From the NCBI GenBank assembly GCA_003568945.1, contig BDIP01000089.1, positions 1 to 32,125 on the forward strand: DNA of 32,125 nucleotides, written 5' to 3'. Shown piece by piece: positions 11,001 through 22,613 of the stretch (position 1 is its first letter; every line of letters begins with the position of its first letter). This stretch comes from Kipferlia bialata (lineage: Eukaryota). The translations under genes and the position numbers were made by a program. Under the pieces are notes generated by a model. It was given only the letters and a program-made list of their open reading frames with translations. It did no database searches and was not told where the DNA came from.

Positions 11001-13059
11001 AGGGCCCTGGCCCATGCAATGCGCCCGGTCACAGGGGGCATGTTGTCGGGGCAGGGGGGGTTGGCCTTGTCGGCACGGAACAGCTGCCCCACGGCATCGA
11101 GCTCCTGGCCGAAGGACCGCACCATGTCGAGCAGGATCTTCTCGAGTGTCCGGCTCATGACGTTGTCGGACAGGATGCCGGTGAAGCCGTCGATGACGTC
11201 GAACTTGGACAGGATGGTGGGGGAGGAGTCGAGGGCGGCGGTCATGCAGCTGGACAGCCTAGTGTCCCAGGAGGTGGCCTTGTGCAGGAAGTGGGAGATG
11301 TCCCTGGGGAAGGACTCGTCCTGCAGGTTGCACGGGTCGTACTCGCTCTCGGTGAACACAGCCACGTGGCTCTCGAAGGAGGAGCTGATCTGCTGCACCT
11401 GGGCACTCAGAGAGTGACCACGGGGGCCGCCAATCTCCAGCCTCTCGAGCCTCTGGAAGGAGATGCACAGCTGCAGGAGGCGGTAGATGTCACGCACCCT
11501 CTCGGAGAAGGCGAGGAACAGGGATGCCACCTGCACTGTTCCGGGCCATGTGCCGTGGACGTACTGGTGGCGGGCAGGCTTCTTCTTGCCTGCCTCGGCG
11601 TCCTCCCTAGCCTTGAGGGCGGCCCTCTGCTCAGGGCTGGCGTTCTCATCCTCGGCAGATATGCGGAGGCTCTGCCTCTCGGTGTAGCGGGCGGTGGCGG
11701 CCTCGTCTCCCTCCACCTCCTCGCCGTCCCTCTCCTTCCTCTCCCTCTCCTCCAGAATGCCAGCGTTGTCAGACACAACCTGGGCTGCATAGTGCTTGTA
11801 GATGGCGGGGAATGCGTCACACACTGTGAGGGCGTTCTTGACCATCTCGATGGCGTCGGTCACCTCGATCTTGAGGATCGACTCAGAGTCAATCATGCCC
11901 CGCACCAGGTGCATCATGCCGTTGCACATGCACCGGAACAGGAAGACCAGGCGCTCCTGGGCCCTGAAGAAGGGGGAGTAGCGCCAGATGAGGGAGACGC
12001 CCCTGAACACAGAGTGCATCATGGCGATGGCCTCCTTGGGGTCACTCTCCTGGGTCAGGGCGTCAAACAGACTGCGCAGGGGGTCCAGCAGGGCGGCGTT
12101 GCTCTTGGCCTCCACAAGGCTGGCATCCACAGCGCTGATGACCTCCTGCAGCCCAGGGTAGTAGCTGGAGCCCACTCTCTCGAGGGCACCGAGCACCGCA
12201 GTGATGGGCTTGCCTCTGAGCTGGGATCTGATGGAGCCGAGGTTCTGGGCCTTCTTGGTCCAGAAGTCACACTCCACCATGGGCAGAGGGTGCTCCTCAT
12301 CAGACAGAATGTCCTCTGGGAGACTGGCCATCACCCCCTTGATCTGCCGGGTCCACTGGATGACCACCCCCTCGACCTCGTGTACAGTGTCCTTCATGCC
12401 CTTGGTCAGGTGGCCTGCCGATGTGATGCTGTCCAGCATGGACGTGTCAGAGGGCACAGGCAGCAGGGTCTTGCCGTCCATGTGTCCCCGGGTCACAAAC
12501 ACCACAGAGTTAAACCGCTCTGTCTGCCTAATGATATCCTGGGTCAGCACCTCAGGCCAGGCACCCGAGATGGTGCGGTCCTTCAGCATAGGAAGGTACA
12601 CCTCCGATATCATAGCAGCCAGCTGCTCCATAGGCTTGGCAGACAGGTCTCCGTACACCAGACCCGATGCCATCTGAGACGCATCCAACTTCTCCACCCC
12701 TTCCCGCTTGATAAAGTACACAGCCTTCTTCCTCAGCGTGGATGGCAGGCCAAGGGAGGGAGCAAGTTCGTCCCGTGCGTTGATGTAAAATATACAGTGC
12801 CGGGACTCGTCAGTCTCCAGGAACGTTAGCAACCGCTGTCTGGAATGAGGGGAGAGAATAACTATTGGAGGAGACTGAAACTCGTGAGTCTAAAGACACT
12901 GAAGTAGACACAAATAACGTACAGACTGTCCTCATCGGCCAGCATGCGACGCCACTTGTCAGCCTTGAGCTTCAAGGACATCAGCACACGCTTCTCGAGG
13001 TACTCCATCCTCTTATCAGCGAATTTCTCCTCCTGCTGCACCGCTTCCGCCTTTGCCAT
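5047..13059 (-). CDS. Axonemal dynein heavy chain, outer-arm beta type (DNAH9/11/17-like), N-terminal half only (tail, linker, AAA1), containing an intein. Five exons: 13059-12923, 12839-10274, 10170-9815, 9710-5666, 5568-5047; 2541-aa precursor, 2137 aa after intein removal
   Basis: DHC motifs present: [64 protein letters not shown]...[18 protein letters not shown] (Walker B), [22 protein letters not shown]. Four GT-AG introns join the exons in frame (7626 nt). Confidence 0.95.
5629..5652. repeat. Intronic (TA)n microsatellite; similar tracts near 946-966, 2211-2229, 3394-3407 and 3951-3967
   Basis: TA dinucleotide runs are directly visible and lie inside predicted introns. Confidence 0.85.
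5735..6946 (-). mobile_element. Intein (404 aa) with degenerate LAGLIDADG homing-endonuclease region, inserted in the dynein AAA1 P-loop
   Basis: Block [14 protein letters not shown] starts directly after GPAGTGK. Block B is [11 protein letters not shown]. Blocks F/G are [22 protein letters not shown]. The +1 residue is Thr (TETTKDL). Removing these 1212 nt restores the canonical [15 protein letters not shown]. Confidence 0.96.
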
Positions 13060-13548
13060 CTTGGCTCAAAGACTCAGACACTAGGTCTCACACTCAGTGC
13101 TTGCTAGAGTCCTACTCTCTGTCCTACTGCCTCGATCTCTGCAGTTTGCTAAAAAGTTGCCGTGCTGATCACATTGCATAATTTGGGCTACACCCTTGCT
13201 TAGACAAAAAGATAGTGGGTCATTGAGTCTTCTGCTTTACAGCACTGTACAGGGCCTAACTTCGCCACTTTAGGTAGAAGTGTCTGGCGGTACACATTAT
13301 GTGTCATTGACAAAGCTCCTGAGACAGGATAAGAATGAATCTTATCACGAATTCCAAGTGACTGAGTTATTACGAGTGTGTTTGCCAAGATTCCAGTTTC
13401 GCCACTTACTGTTGAATTTCCGGTATCATCGTCCACAGATTCATACCCAGCCTTTGAGAGTGACTGTGAATGAATATGGCATTATATGTTTGGTGAGACA
13501 ATCAGAAACAAGATAATATTCTACTCGATTCCACACTACGAAATACAA

Positions 13549-14977
13549 TCAAAGCCACTGCCGGCAATTGGGAGTGCCACAATAACACTTCTCCCTCAGC
13601 TCAGGGGCGTCTGACGACACCTTGTAATCATACGTGATCTCAGCGCCTGCCTCAATGGGTTCCTCGCTGTAGATGCCAACGTAGTCCCTGAAGAGGTTTC
13701 TCGACCTGGCGCAGGGCTGGCAGCTGTGGTTGATGAAGCGTGCCTCATTGCCGGACATGGTGGCATCAATCAGGGCACGGCTAGGGGTGCGGAACATGTA
13801 GGTGCTGTTGATGCCGACAATGTTGTGGTAGCAGTGCTCCAGGGCATCGCCCAGCCCCTCACTGTACATGTCCCCAGAGTACTCGCACAGAAGGGTGTTC
13901 TTGGGTATGGGGGCAAGGGCAAAGACACCGAACCCGGCAATGCCACTTCTGGCCACGGCTATGCCCTCCTCATGCCGATACATCACAGGGGGGTTGAACC
14001 TGGGTGAGAGGGGAATGAGCACATCACACAACAATAGATATCCTCGGCACCCACCTGTGCTTTGTGTCCACCACATCCATGGCCCCATCCAGACAGTTCC
14101 TCACCACTAGGGTCGACAGCAGAGCCCGCTGCGTCAGAGTGCGGTGGCAGTCCAGCAGCGCTGGGATGTCCCGGGGGTGGTCCTGGACGGTAGTGGTGCG
14201 GCCGCATGTCTGGGAGGGGATGCACCCGGCATAGTCGTTGTGCACCATGGGCACGGCCTTGGGGTGGCCATCGTAGCAGGTGGCCGGGTACACAGGCGCC
14301 GACACGGCCTTGGCAGGACTCTGGAACGGGTTGGTGACCGGGTTCGGTTGCCTCCTTAGTGACTCAGCAATCAACTGCTGGTTCCGCAACATCAGATGGG
14401 CACCAGGAATACAATAGTAGGAGGGAGGGGGAGGAGTGAGTCTGGGTAGGAAGTTGAGGCGCTTCCTGTCCAACAGGTCCTTGACAGGCACCCTGCGCAG
14501 AGCCTCAACGACATTGACGGGGGCACGCGGCAGAGACTGACTCACACTGGACTCGCTGCGGGATGGGCTGTGGGAGAGGGGAGCAAACGCCGGAGAGGCG
14601 GAGCTGTCGGCCTCCGGAATACTAGGGGTGGATATGCTGTACTCCAGATCGGTGTCTTCGGACTCTGGGAGGACAGTAACAGTAGGTGGTTTGTTGGCGG
14701 GCCTTTTCTTCACTGGAGCCTTCTTGGGCTTGCGTCTCTTAACAGCCGGAGTCTTGGAACTCTTGGCTGGGGGGGCTCTCGCAAGCGTCTGTCTGTGTGA
14801 CAACTTCTTACTGGTGGCTTGGGGGGTCTCTTCCACCTCGGGAATGGAGTCCTCCGCCGACGGTTCTTCCCGCTCCCAGTATGGCTTGGCATGTCTTCTT
14901 GTACGCCCCCGAGAGTACCTATCAGCCCGCTGAATCTCGAGTATGAGCTTCAGGGAAGCGGCATCCATACCCTCCAT
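13549..14977 (-). CDS. SET-domain histone lysine methyltransferase with post-SET (SET1/Trx-like). Exons 14977-14055 and 13999-13549; about 457 aa
   Basis: Motifs SGIAGFGVFA, EYSG, YMFR, IDATMSGNEARFINHSCQP, EITYDY and post-SET CYCGTPNCRQWL. The N-terminal region is basic and low complexity. One intron restores frame. Confidence 0.9.
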
Positions 14978-15138
14978 TGCAGGGACCCTCTGCAGAGAAG
15001 CAATCCCAACCTCCTATGGTGTTTTTGTGTAAATAGAAATAAACCCTTTTGCTCTATTACCTGCTTTCCTGTACAGGGACGCTCATTCGATTGTAACGAC
15101 AGTCTAGCCTCAACTTGGAACAAGAGAGGACCTGAAGG
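14978..15138. promoter_or_regulatory. Short (161 bp) divergent intergenic region, probable bidirectional promoter for the SET and PP2A-family genes
   Basis: Head-to-head ATGs at 14977(-) and 15139(+), with an AT-rich core (gtaaatagaaataaacc). Promoter function is inferred from geometry only. Confidence 0.4.
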
Positions 15139-16230
15139 ATGGGAGGGATAGAGCACTTCATTGAGGACCTCAGTCAGTGCAAGACCCTGAAGTATGGACA
15201 GATCAGGCAGATTTGCACCAAGCTGAAGCGTGTGTTGGTTGATTTGCCCAATGTGATCCACATCAAGAGCCCAATTACGGTCGTTGGTGATGTTCACGGG
15301 CAGTGGTACGATGTGAATGAGATTTTCAATGTGGGCGGCCCTCTGCCAAGCACCAATTACCTCTTCTTGGGTGACATCGTTGACAGAGGATACTACTCCA
15401 TTGAGGTCATGTCCTGGCTCTTCGCTATGAAGCTGAAGTACCCCCAGAGACTCCATATCATCCGTGGAAACCACGAGTCCAGGCAGATCACCCAGGTGTA
15501 TGGGTTCTATGATGAGTGTCTGAAGAAGTACCAGACTGTCAATGTGTGGCGCTGGGCAATGAGTGTCTTCGACATGCTGCCACTGTGTGCTGTGGTAGAC
15601 AACAAGTACTTCTGTGTCCACGGTGGACTGTCTCCTGTGTCTCTGGATGCTGACGCAGTTGTAGGTGAGTATTGCTATTCGTCACTGTTTTGCAATGTTC
15701 CCTGCAGTATTCTCTACTGCTGTCATTAATTGTCTGTGTCTGTTAGTGTGGTACTGTAATCCCTCTCTATATTCCATTGGAGTTGTGTTCCTTCCATTCT
15801 ATCTTGGGCATCTCTATTGCTTCATGGTTTGACCCCAGAGCTGAACCGGCGAGCTGAGCCCCCCTCCGACGGTCTCATCTGCGACATGCTGTGGAGTGAC
15901 CCCAACGACGACATTGAGGAGTTTGGGAAGAGCACCCGTGGAGCCGGGCACCACTTTGGCACTGCCGTGACCCGGCGCTTCCTGTCCAACAACAGCATGG
16001 ACATGATTGTGAGGGCGCACCAGATCAGCCACACCGGGTACGAGTTCCACCACAACGAGCGCCTCGTGACGGTGTGGTCTGCCCCTAGGTATGGCTACAG
16101 GTGCGACAACATTGCGGCAGTCATGGAGCTGGATGAGTTTGGCAACAAGAACTTCCTGCGCTTCCAGGCCTGTCCCAACGAGGCCAGGGAGTTCAAGCCT
16201 CGCAACCTCCAGCCAGACTATTTCATCTAG
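15139..16230 (+). CDS. PP2A-family (PP2A/PP4/PP6-like) phosphatase catalytic subunit. Exons 15139-15664 and 15839-16230; 305 aa
   Basis: Motifs GDVHGQ, GDIVDRG, RGNHESRQITQVYGFYDEC, CVHGGLSP, DMLWSDP, RAHQ, WSAPRY, and C-terminal PDYFI. Confidence 0.93.
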
Positions 16231-16599
16231 ACAGCCTGTGTTGCCTCTGTCAGGCGGTGACTTGTATTTCTATATCGTGTGTACTAGATTTGTTGTATTG
16301 AGAGCTTTGTTCAAGTGGTTGTGTTCATTTCTCTTGGTCTCTGTGGTATTCCCTTGTTTCGTTTAAATGCGTATGATCTACATTACTGGAAGGCATTGTC
16401 ATACTATATAAAGAAGGCATGCATACACAGTGTGTACACACTCCATAGTCTGTGGCTATGGATGATCCAATGGCATTGGAATCCAATTTGGATCCTCTTT
16501 ATCGCTACACCCTTATGTTTTCAGAAAATCTGAGTCGGCTTCTTTAGCAGGGTTGCAGACGTATATATAGGCCCCACTTGGGCAGTATTCCTCGCTAGA

Positions 16600-18734
16600 A
16601 TGAGCAAAGAAGTGGACCGGTCAGTGATGTTGCCGAGAGACAACACAGAGGGGGCCGGCTCTGCCTTTCTGACCGAGACTGATGCGTACGTTATTGTGTC
16701 TCAGAGTATAGAACATCTGCACTTACTGATTCCTGGGATCTCCAATGTAGTGTCTCACATTAGGATTGCTCTCACTGTGGCTGAGGATGGTGTGCGCCAC
16801 CCCAGGGGAGAGCACAATGTGGAGATGCTGCAGGTATGTCTATACTCTCACTCTTGGACACTATATACCCAGAGGACTCAGTGTTTAGGGGATAATCAGC
16901 ATATATTTCCGTCATTGACCACTGCTGTGGTGGTTTATGCACTGATGTGAAGTGGAGATATAATATATGTATATGTATATGTACCCGAATTACTTATCAA
17001 TTGTTGCATTAGTCCCCTCACCCAGCTGCGTCAAGACCTGGAGGACTGGACGGCCCGTCTGAGAGAGGCCCAGAGCAACTCGGCCAAGGTAGGGACTGGT
17101 GCTGTATATTCTCTCTCCCCCCACCCCTTCGAAGTGTATAGTGTAGCACTGCCCTCACCGCAGGTGTCTGTGCAGCAGAAGCAGAGGGAGGCCAACCTGC
17201 TCAAGAGGCAGAGGGAGCTGAAGGCCGGCATGGCTCGGTACAAGTCACACGTGGAGGGGATAGACAAGCGGAGACGTGATGCAGAGCGGCAACGCAAGGT
17301 ATATACTCATGTACTATAGAGAGTGAGTGTGTCCTGTTTGATACTACCCCCAGGACATGGAGGAGTCTGAGGCCACGGAGAATGCAAAGATACAGGCGGT
17401 GCGCTATCAGCTAGCTGCCCTGACCGCTCTGAGGGACATCCAGAACAACAACCTAGGTACATAGTGTTTGTGTGTCATTCCATCCAGTGGGGTGTTATAC
17501 CTGCCCATCTCGATGCGTCTGACCCCCAGAGGACATGGCCACCTTCCCTGCCTTCCTGTCCTCCTACATATCGGGCAGTGTGGCAGCCGAGGCCACCCCC
17601 CTGGGCATGGACGCAGCCTCTGTCGACTCTTTCAGCACAGAGGTCGAGGGGGTCATGGCACGGTACCAGGTGCCAATGCTAGGACTTAGAGTGTGCATAG
17701 CAGACTATCACATATCTCTCTCTCTCTCTCCCCCCCCCCCTGACCCAGGCTCTGTCCTCCCAGTGTGCCACCCTGTCCAGTGAGGTGGCTGCCAAGGAGG
17801 CAGAGAGAGAGAGGCTCGTCAGAGAGTCCAGAGAGGCCTCTCTGCAGGGAGAGAGAGATGTGGCCGAGGTCCAGGCCAGAGTGGCAGCTGTGAGAGAGAG
17901 GATCGAGGCCCAGGACAGAGGTGCGGCGCAGGGGAGGGGTGGGGAGCCGGCAAAGGGTGGAGACCCCAAGGCGCCCTCTGCAGATACTGTCGAGAGAGAG
18001 ATCAGGACCATATCGGAGCTGGAGATTGCCATCAACCACTTGTACGGCAGGTCCCGGCCCTCTAGGAACGTGCAGGCCACTGTGCAGAATGCTGAGTTGG
18101 CAGAGCTGTTGGCAGGGGGTCTGCCCCGGTCTCTGGTGCTGCTGAGGGAGAAGAAGGCACAGACGGCAGGGGTGCCAGTCTCAGAGATACCCGTCACAGA
18201 CTGTGTCAGTGAGAGGATAAGGTATGTCAGATGGTCTAACCACATGTATATACAACTCTCCTGTATACCCTTCTACCCTCTATAGCATGCTGATACTGCA
18301 ACTGATACTGATCCTGCCCCTGACCCCAGGTCTCTTCTGGTCAAGCTGGCCTGTCTGGCAGAGGGTGTCGTGGACTCTGAGATCATAGCAGAGCAGCTGG
18401 CCGCCGCCCACCCTGACCTTGAGGACAGCGACCCCCTCTCCCCTGACCCGGAGAAGGGCAGTGGCAGGTCGTCCAGCCTCACGGCCATGTTCCCGTCCTC
18501 GAGGTCCGCGTCTGCATCAGGACTCGTGGCAGGGCAGGTACTGGGTAGTATGCATGTATCAGCAACACGGAGCTATTCCTCTTCACTCTCTCCTCTTGAC
18601 CCCAGCCCCGTGTGCGCCGTGCCCCTGTCCCCCTCAGACCCAGGAGGGGTCTGGACATGGGGCCCACCTCCCACCCAGCCACCCTCCCCCCCATACACAA
18701 CCCCAGGACACACAGGGGGGGCAGGGGGGAGTAG
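16600..18734 (+). CDS. Hypothetical multi-exon coiled-coil protein (about 9 exons, boundaries approximate)
   Basis: GC-rich exon-like blocks flanked by GT/AG encode charged helical stretches (QQKQREANLLKRQRELKAGMARYK, AAKEAERERLVRESRE). A plausible last exon 18606-18734 ends in TAG. Confidence 0.5.
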
Positions 18735-19029
18735 GCGTGTTGGTGAACGTGTCTTGCATACTGTTTTACATATATTGTGTCTTCGTGTAGTTTATCCAGA
18801 TTTCGGAACAACCCCGATAAATAGTGTACCATATCCATTTTGGTGTTGTCGCGTGAACCCACCCATTACATATATGCGAAGTACTAGATGAATGGCCCAT
18901 TAAATGGGTAACTATATCATAACAATATCCGGAGGCACGTGACAAAGGAGGTCTCCCACACAGTAAAGAAGGATGTGCGAGCCTCCTGGTCTAAATGTAC
19001 AGTACACAGGTGCCAAACTACCAAGTAGT

Positions 19030-22000
19030 CTACCCCTTCTTCATGAAACACTCGTCCCTGTGGTCACTCCCCCTGGGTATGTAGACAGACCGTACCCCGA
19101 GGTCTGGGTCCCTGCCCGTGGCCGATGCCTTCCTGACCACCCCCGTCACCATGCTGTACACCCTCATGTGCACACACCCATAGGTGTCCAGGGCATGCTG
19201 TAGCAGAAGGGGGATGACAGTGGAGAGGGGCACACTCGGCACCAGCCGCATGCCCTCGATACTCACAATGACGTCATAGGGCTGCAGGCCCAACTGAATG
19301 GACAGACCTGGGGTGAGAGGGTGAGGCTCATAGATACACGAGAGCATACACACACCATGTACCTGGTTCAACATCATCGACATGTGTGATTAGTAGGCCA
19401 CACACACAGGCAGGTCTGGTGCGGGTGATAGCATCCACAGCCGCATCCTCAATGCGTCTCACCTGGGGTCAGGGACAACTATATATCTATACAGTAGACA
19501 GAGTGCTTTACACCCTCTCCCACCTGGTTGTGGAAACTCTCAGTGTACACAGTAGAAAGAGTGCTATCATATTACTATACCTGGTTCTGCGTCTCCTGTG
19601 GGAAGTCCTCGGTGTCTAATGTGCTACACGTGGCAAAGGGGGGTAGGGGCCCACTAGGAGGGCCGGGGTTGGATGGGATACGAACAAGCTTGGAGGAATA
19701 CGCGTTGTCCCCCCCGTAGCGCTGTCTTTCCCTTGGCACAAACACCCCCTGTACCCCTAACTGGGCAGATGGGTGGTTAGACACCAGGGTGAGGGTCCTA
19801 TAAATGAGATCATGGTTTCCTACCCACTATACTACTAGACATACACCGTGTGACCACCTCACCTGACCAGCCTCGTCCTGTAGTTGAACAGCACGTAGTC
19901 ACACATGTTGGTGCGGTATATCTCCTGCTTCTTCTTCTCCGCTATGTCCCAGGGCATCACCCCAGGCACTATCCGCATGTCACCCACCTGCAGGATAAGG
20001 TCGTACGGACCAATCCCACACCTGATATGAGAGGTAGGCATATATATGGAAATACAAGAATATGGCTCAATCAAATGCACCAGACGGTAATAGACAACTG
20101 TCAACATTAGTTACTCCGTCATCTGTTTGTCGCTACTAGAGCAGACTATGTGGCCCATGGTCCATACCTAGTAGCCTCTCCCTGGGGGTCAGATCTTGTC
20201 AATGAGGTGTATTGACAGACTATAGAAATGGAATTGTCCTCACCACTCCCCCATACCTGTTTGGATGTGATGTGTGTGACTAGTATACCACACATGCCCT
20301 TGGGTAGCAGAGCAGCCAGCCGGGCCTGGACCATCCGCTCCTTGGCCTGGCTGGGGTCAGATATACATGTACAACCTACACACATATACATATGATCATA
20401 GTCACGGACATCAGCACAGCATACATCGTCATTGTAACACTAGCATTCCACTCACACTTTAGCGTATCCCTGCCCCCCCTTGAGTTGTGATGATGGTACA
20501 TCCCCAAACTCGGGTAGCTCTGTGGCAGTGGGTATCAGGATGCTATCAGGCAGGGGGGGGAGGCTCTTGCTGTAGGCAGACGCCGGGCCTACCCGCTGGT
20601 CAGGCCTAGTGGGTAAGGGTGGGGGCAAACTACGCCATACTATAATACTCCGTACTACAATGCACTTAAGCTACTATACAGAGCTGGGACCATCAGCCCA
20701 CTCATATACTCACCTAGGCAGTTTCAGCAGAACACAACCCAACTCGACACTCTCCTGGGTGGGGTCTCTGTGTATAGTGACCTCTCGTGTCTCACACGTC
20801 ACAAAGCTATACACCTGCAGGACACTGCAGCTGTGGCCCTTCAGGCTGATCCTCATTATATCGTACTGAGTGAGATGAGGCATTCTACACGATGGCAGGA
20901 CAAGTATGGGAAATAATAGAGTTGGAACCATATAGTTGGAATGAAGAAGACACCACTCCAATTTGTGCGTGACTGCTACGGAAGCGTTCGAGTATGCCCC
21001 TATGCATACATTCACAATAATAGAGTAAGAGTACTGCCGTACCAGGTCCTCCTGTGTGAACTCTGCATCTACTGTGAGCCCGTCCACCCCAATCACCATG
21101 TCATAGGGCACTATGCCATGGGTGTGGCAGTACACAGAGGGGTCAGAGTGGCGGTGGGTCACACACAGGCCGAAGACACCGTCGGGGAGGAGGGCTGAGG
21201 GTGAGACAAATACTACACACTGATATATAATTGCAATGTAATGGGTTGAGTCTCCCACCAGCCTCCCACTTGTGATACAGACATATACACCCCCCACCTG
21301 TGAGTGCGGCCACTGCAGCGTCCTCCCCCCTCCTACAGTCCACCAGGAACCTCTGCGCCTCCATGTCCCCTGTCTCCTCCCTGTCACAGGCCACAGCAGG
21401 CTGGGGCGGGAGGGAGGGCAGGCGGTCTGGGGCTGGGTTGGCCTCCTCCATGTACTCTATAGGGGGGGGAGGGGGGATGGCAACCTCGGCCTCCCCACCC
21501 CCATCTCCACCCCCATCTCCGCCCTGGGAGGAAGATGCCCCTCCCAGGGATGCACTGTCTGGGGGTACGGAGGGTGCTCCGCTGGGGGAGTCGACGGTGT
21601 GGGTGGACGGGGCCGTGTCCCCCTCTGTCTGGGTGTCACCCACAGTCTCAGAGACACCATCGGTGGTCGGCTGAAGACCCTCGACGACCTGAGGTTGAGA
21701 ATAGGCTAATAATAACAAGACCAATGATAAGACCAATAGCGCCAGAGTATGCCCCCACCTTAGCAATGGCCCGCTGCCACTCTCCTCTCTCCTGGTCAGA
21801 CCCACAGACCAGGTAGAAGACCCGCCCCACCCCCTCGGCGTCACTCAACCGCAGTGTGTGCTTGGGTATGCCGCTCTTGGCCACTGACCCCGGCTTGATG
21901 GAGAGGGGGTCCACCTCGGACAGGGCAGGGACACAGTCGACTAGGGTGTTCGATTGCAAGTGAATCACACCCTGCAGATAAGTAGAGTGCATAGAAATAA

Positions 22001-22325
22001 GACTCAGACACGCTGACCACACACCTTAGCCTTGGTCTGTGTCCCGTAGTACAGACGGTGATGCGTGGCATCCAACTTAAATAGCCTAGGCTGCCATTTG
22101 CATGGAGTGAGGGGCGAGGTGCACTGAGGGACAGATATAATATGTATATTGAACTCAGACACTGACGCTTGTAATGACCATACTGGCTGTCATTGCTGCA
22201 ATTATACAGGCATAACTAGCACATGGGTTATACAATGAAGGGTCACCAATAGAGTTGAGGTGCATACCCGAGGAGTATCCGAGCTTGGAGAGCGTTCCTT
22301 CGATCGCCCCGGTCACTGAGTTCAT
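19030..22325 (-). CDS. Multi-exon protein with N-terminal PH domain and about three GRASP55/65-type PDZ-like repeats
   Basis: PH-like pieces: MNSVTGAIEGTLSKLG, KWQPRLFKL..RLYY, GVIHL...RVFYLVCGSDQERGEWQRAI. A unit G(I/L)xPYDx(I/V)xx(V/I) followed by VYSFVTCETREVTI, LFNYRTRLVR or VYSMVTGVVRKAS occurs three times. Exon boundaries are only partly resolved. Confidence 0.55.
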
Positions 22326-22613
22326 TCCCAAGTGTCGGGACGGAACAAAGAAGGCCGGGCGGTCTCCTCTAGAATAGATGTATGCTCACAATGGCAGTCT
22401 AAAACACAGACCAACTCACTGAGGTCAGATTCTGACTCAGAACAAAGGGTTTATTGGTTAAAAGTAGAGACAGAAATCAACAAAGGGTGTAGTCCTCTGG
22501 AACTATGCTTGGATGAGACCCTCACTTGACTACAGCTAGGAGGAGTGAGAAATGTGCAGAATTGAGTCGGGTATTCACGACTCACCATCTAGCCGCTGGC
22601 TAGGGCTTCTGGG

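Noticed and set aside
10232..12829. 865-aa plus-strand ORF and other long antisense ORFs over the dynein gene (e.g. 7496-8458, 6186-7019, 8832-9533)
   Set aside because: These are shadow ORFs expected from the strong GC3 codon bias of the minus-strand dynein CDS. They carry no recognisable motifs.
5047..13059. Dynein as a pseudogene
   Set aside because: There are no frameshifts or internal stops across 7.6 kb of CDS, splice sites are intact and the AAA1 motifs are conserved. A clean truncation fits gene fission better, though it is not proven.
14950..15621. 223-aa minus-strand ORF overlapping the PP2A-family gene
   Set aside because: It is the antisense shadow of a conserved phosphatase CDS.
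319..16230. Two PPP phosphatase genes in one window as a functional cluster
   Set aside because: They belong to different subfamilies, lie 12 kb apart on opposite strands, and PPP genes are numerous in protists, so chance proximity is sufficient.
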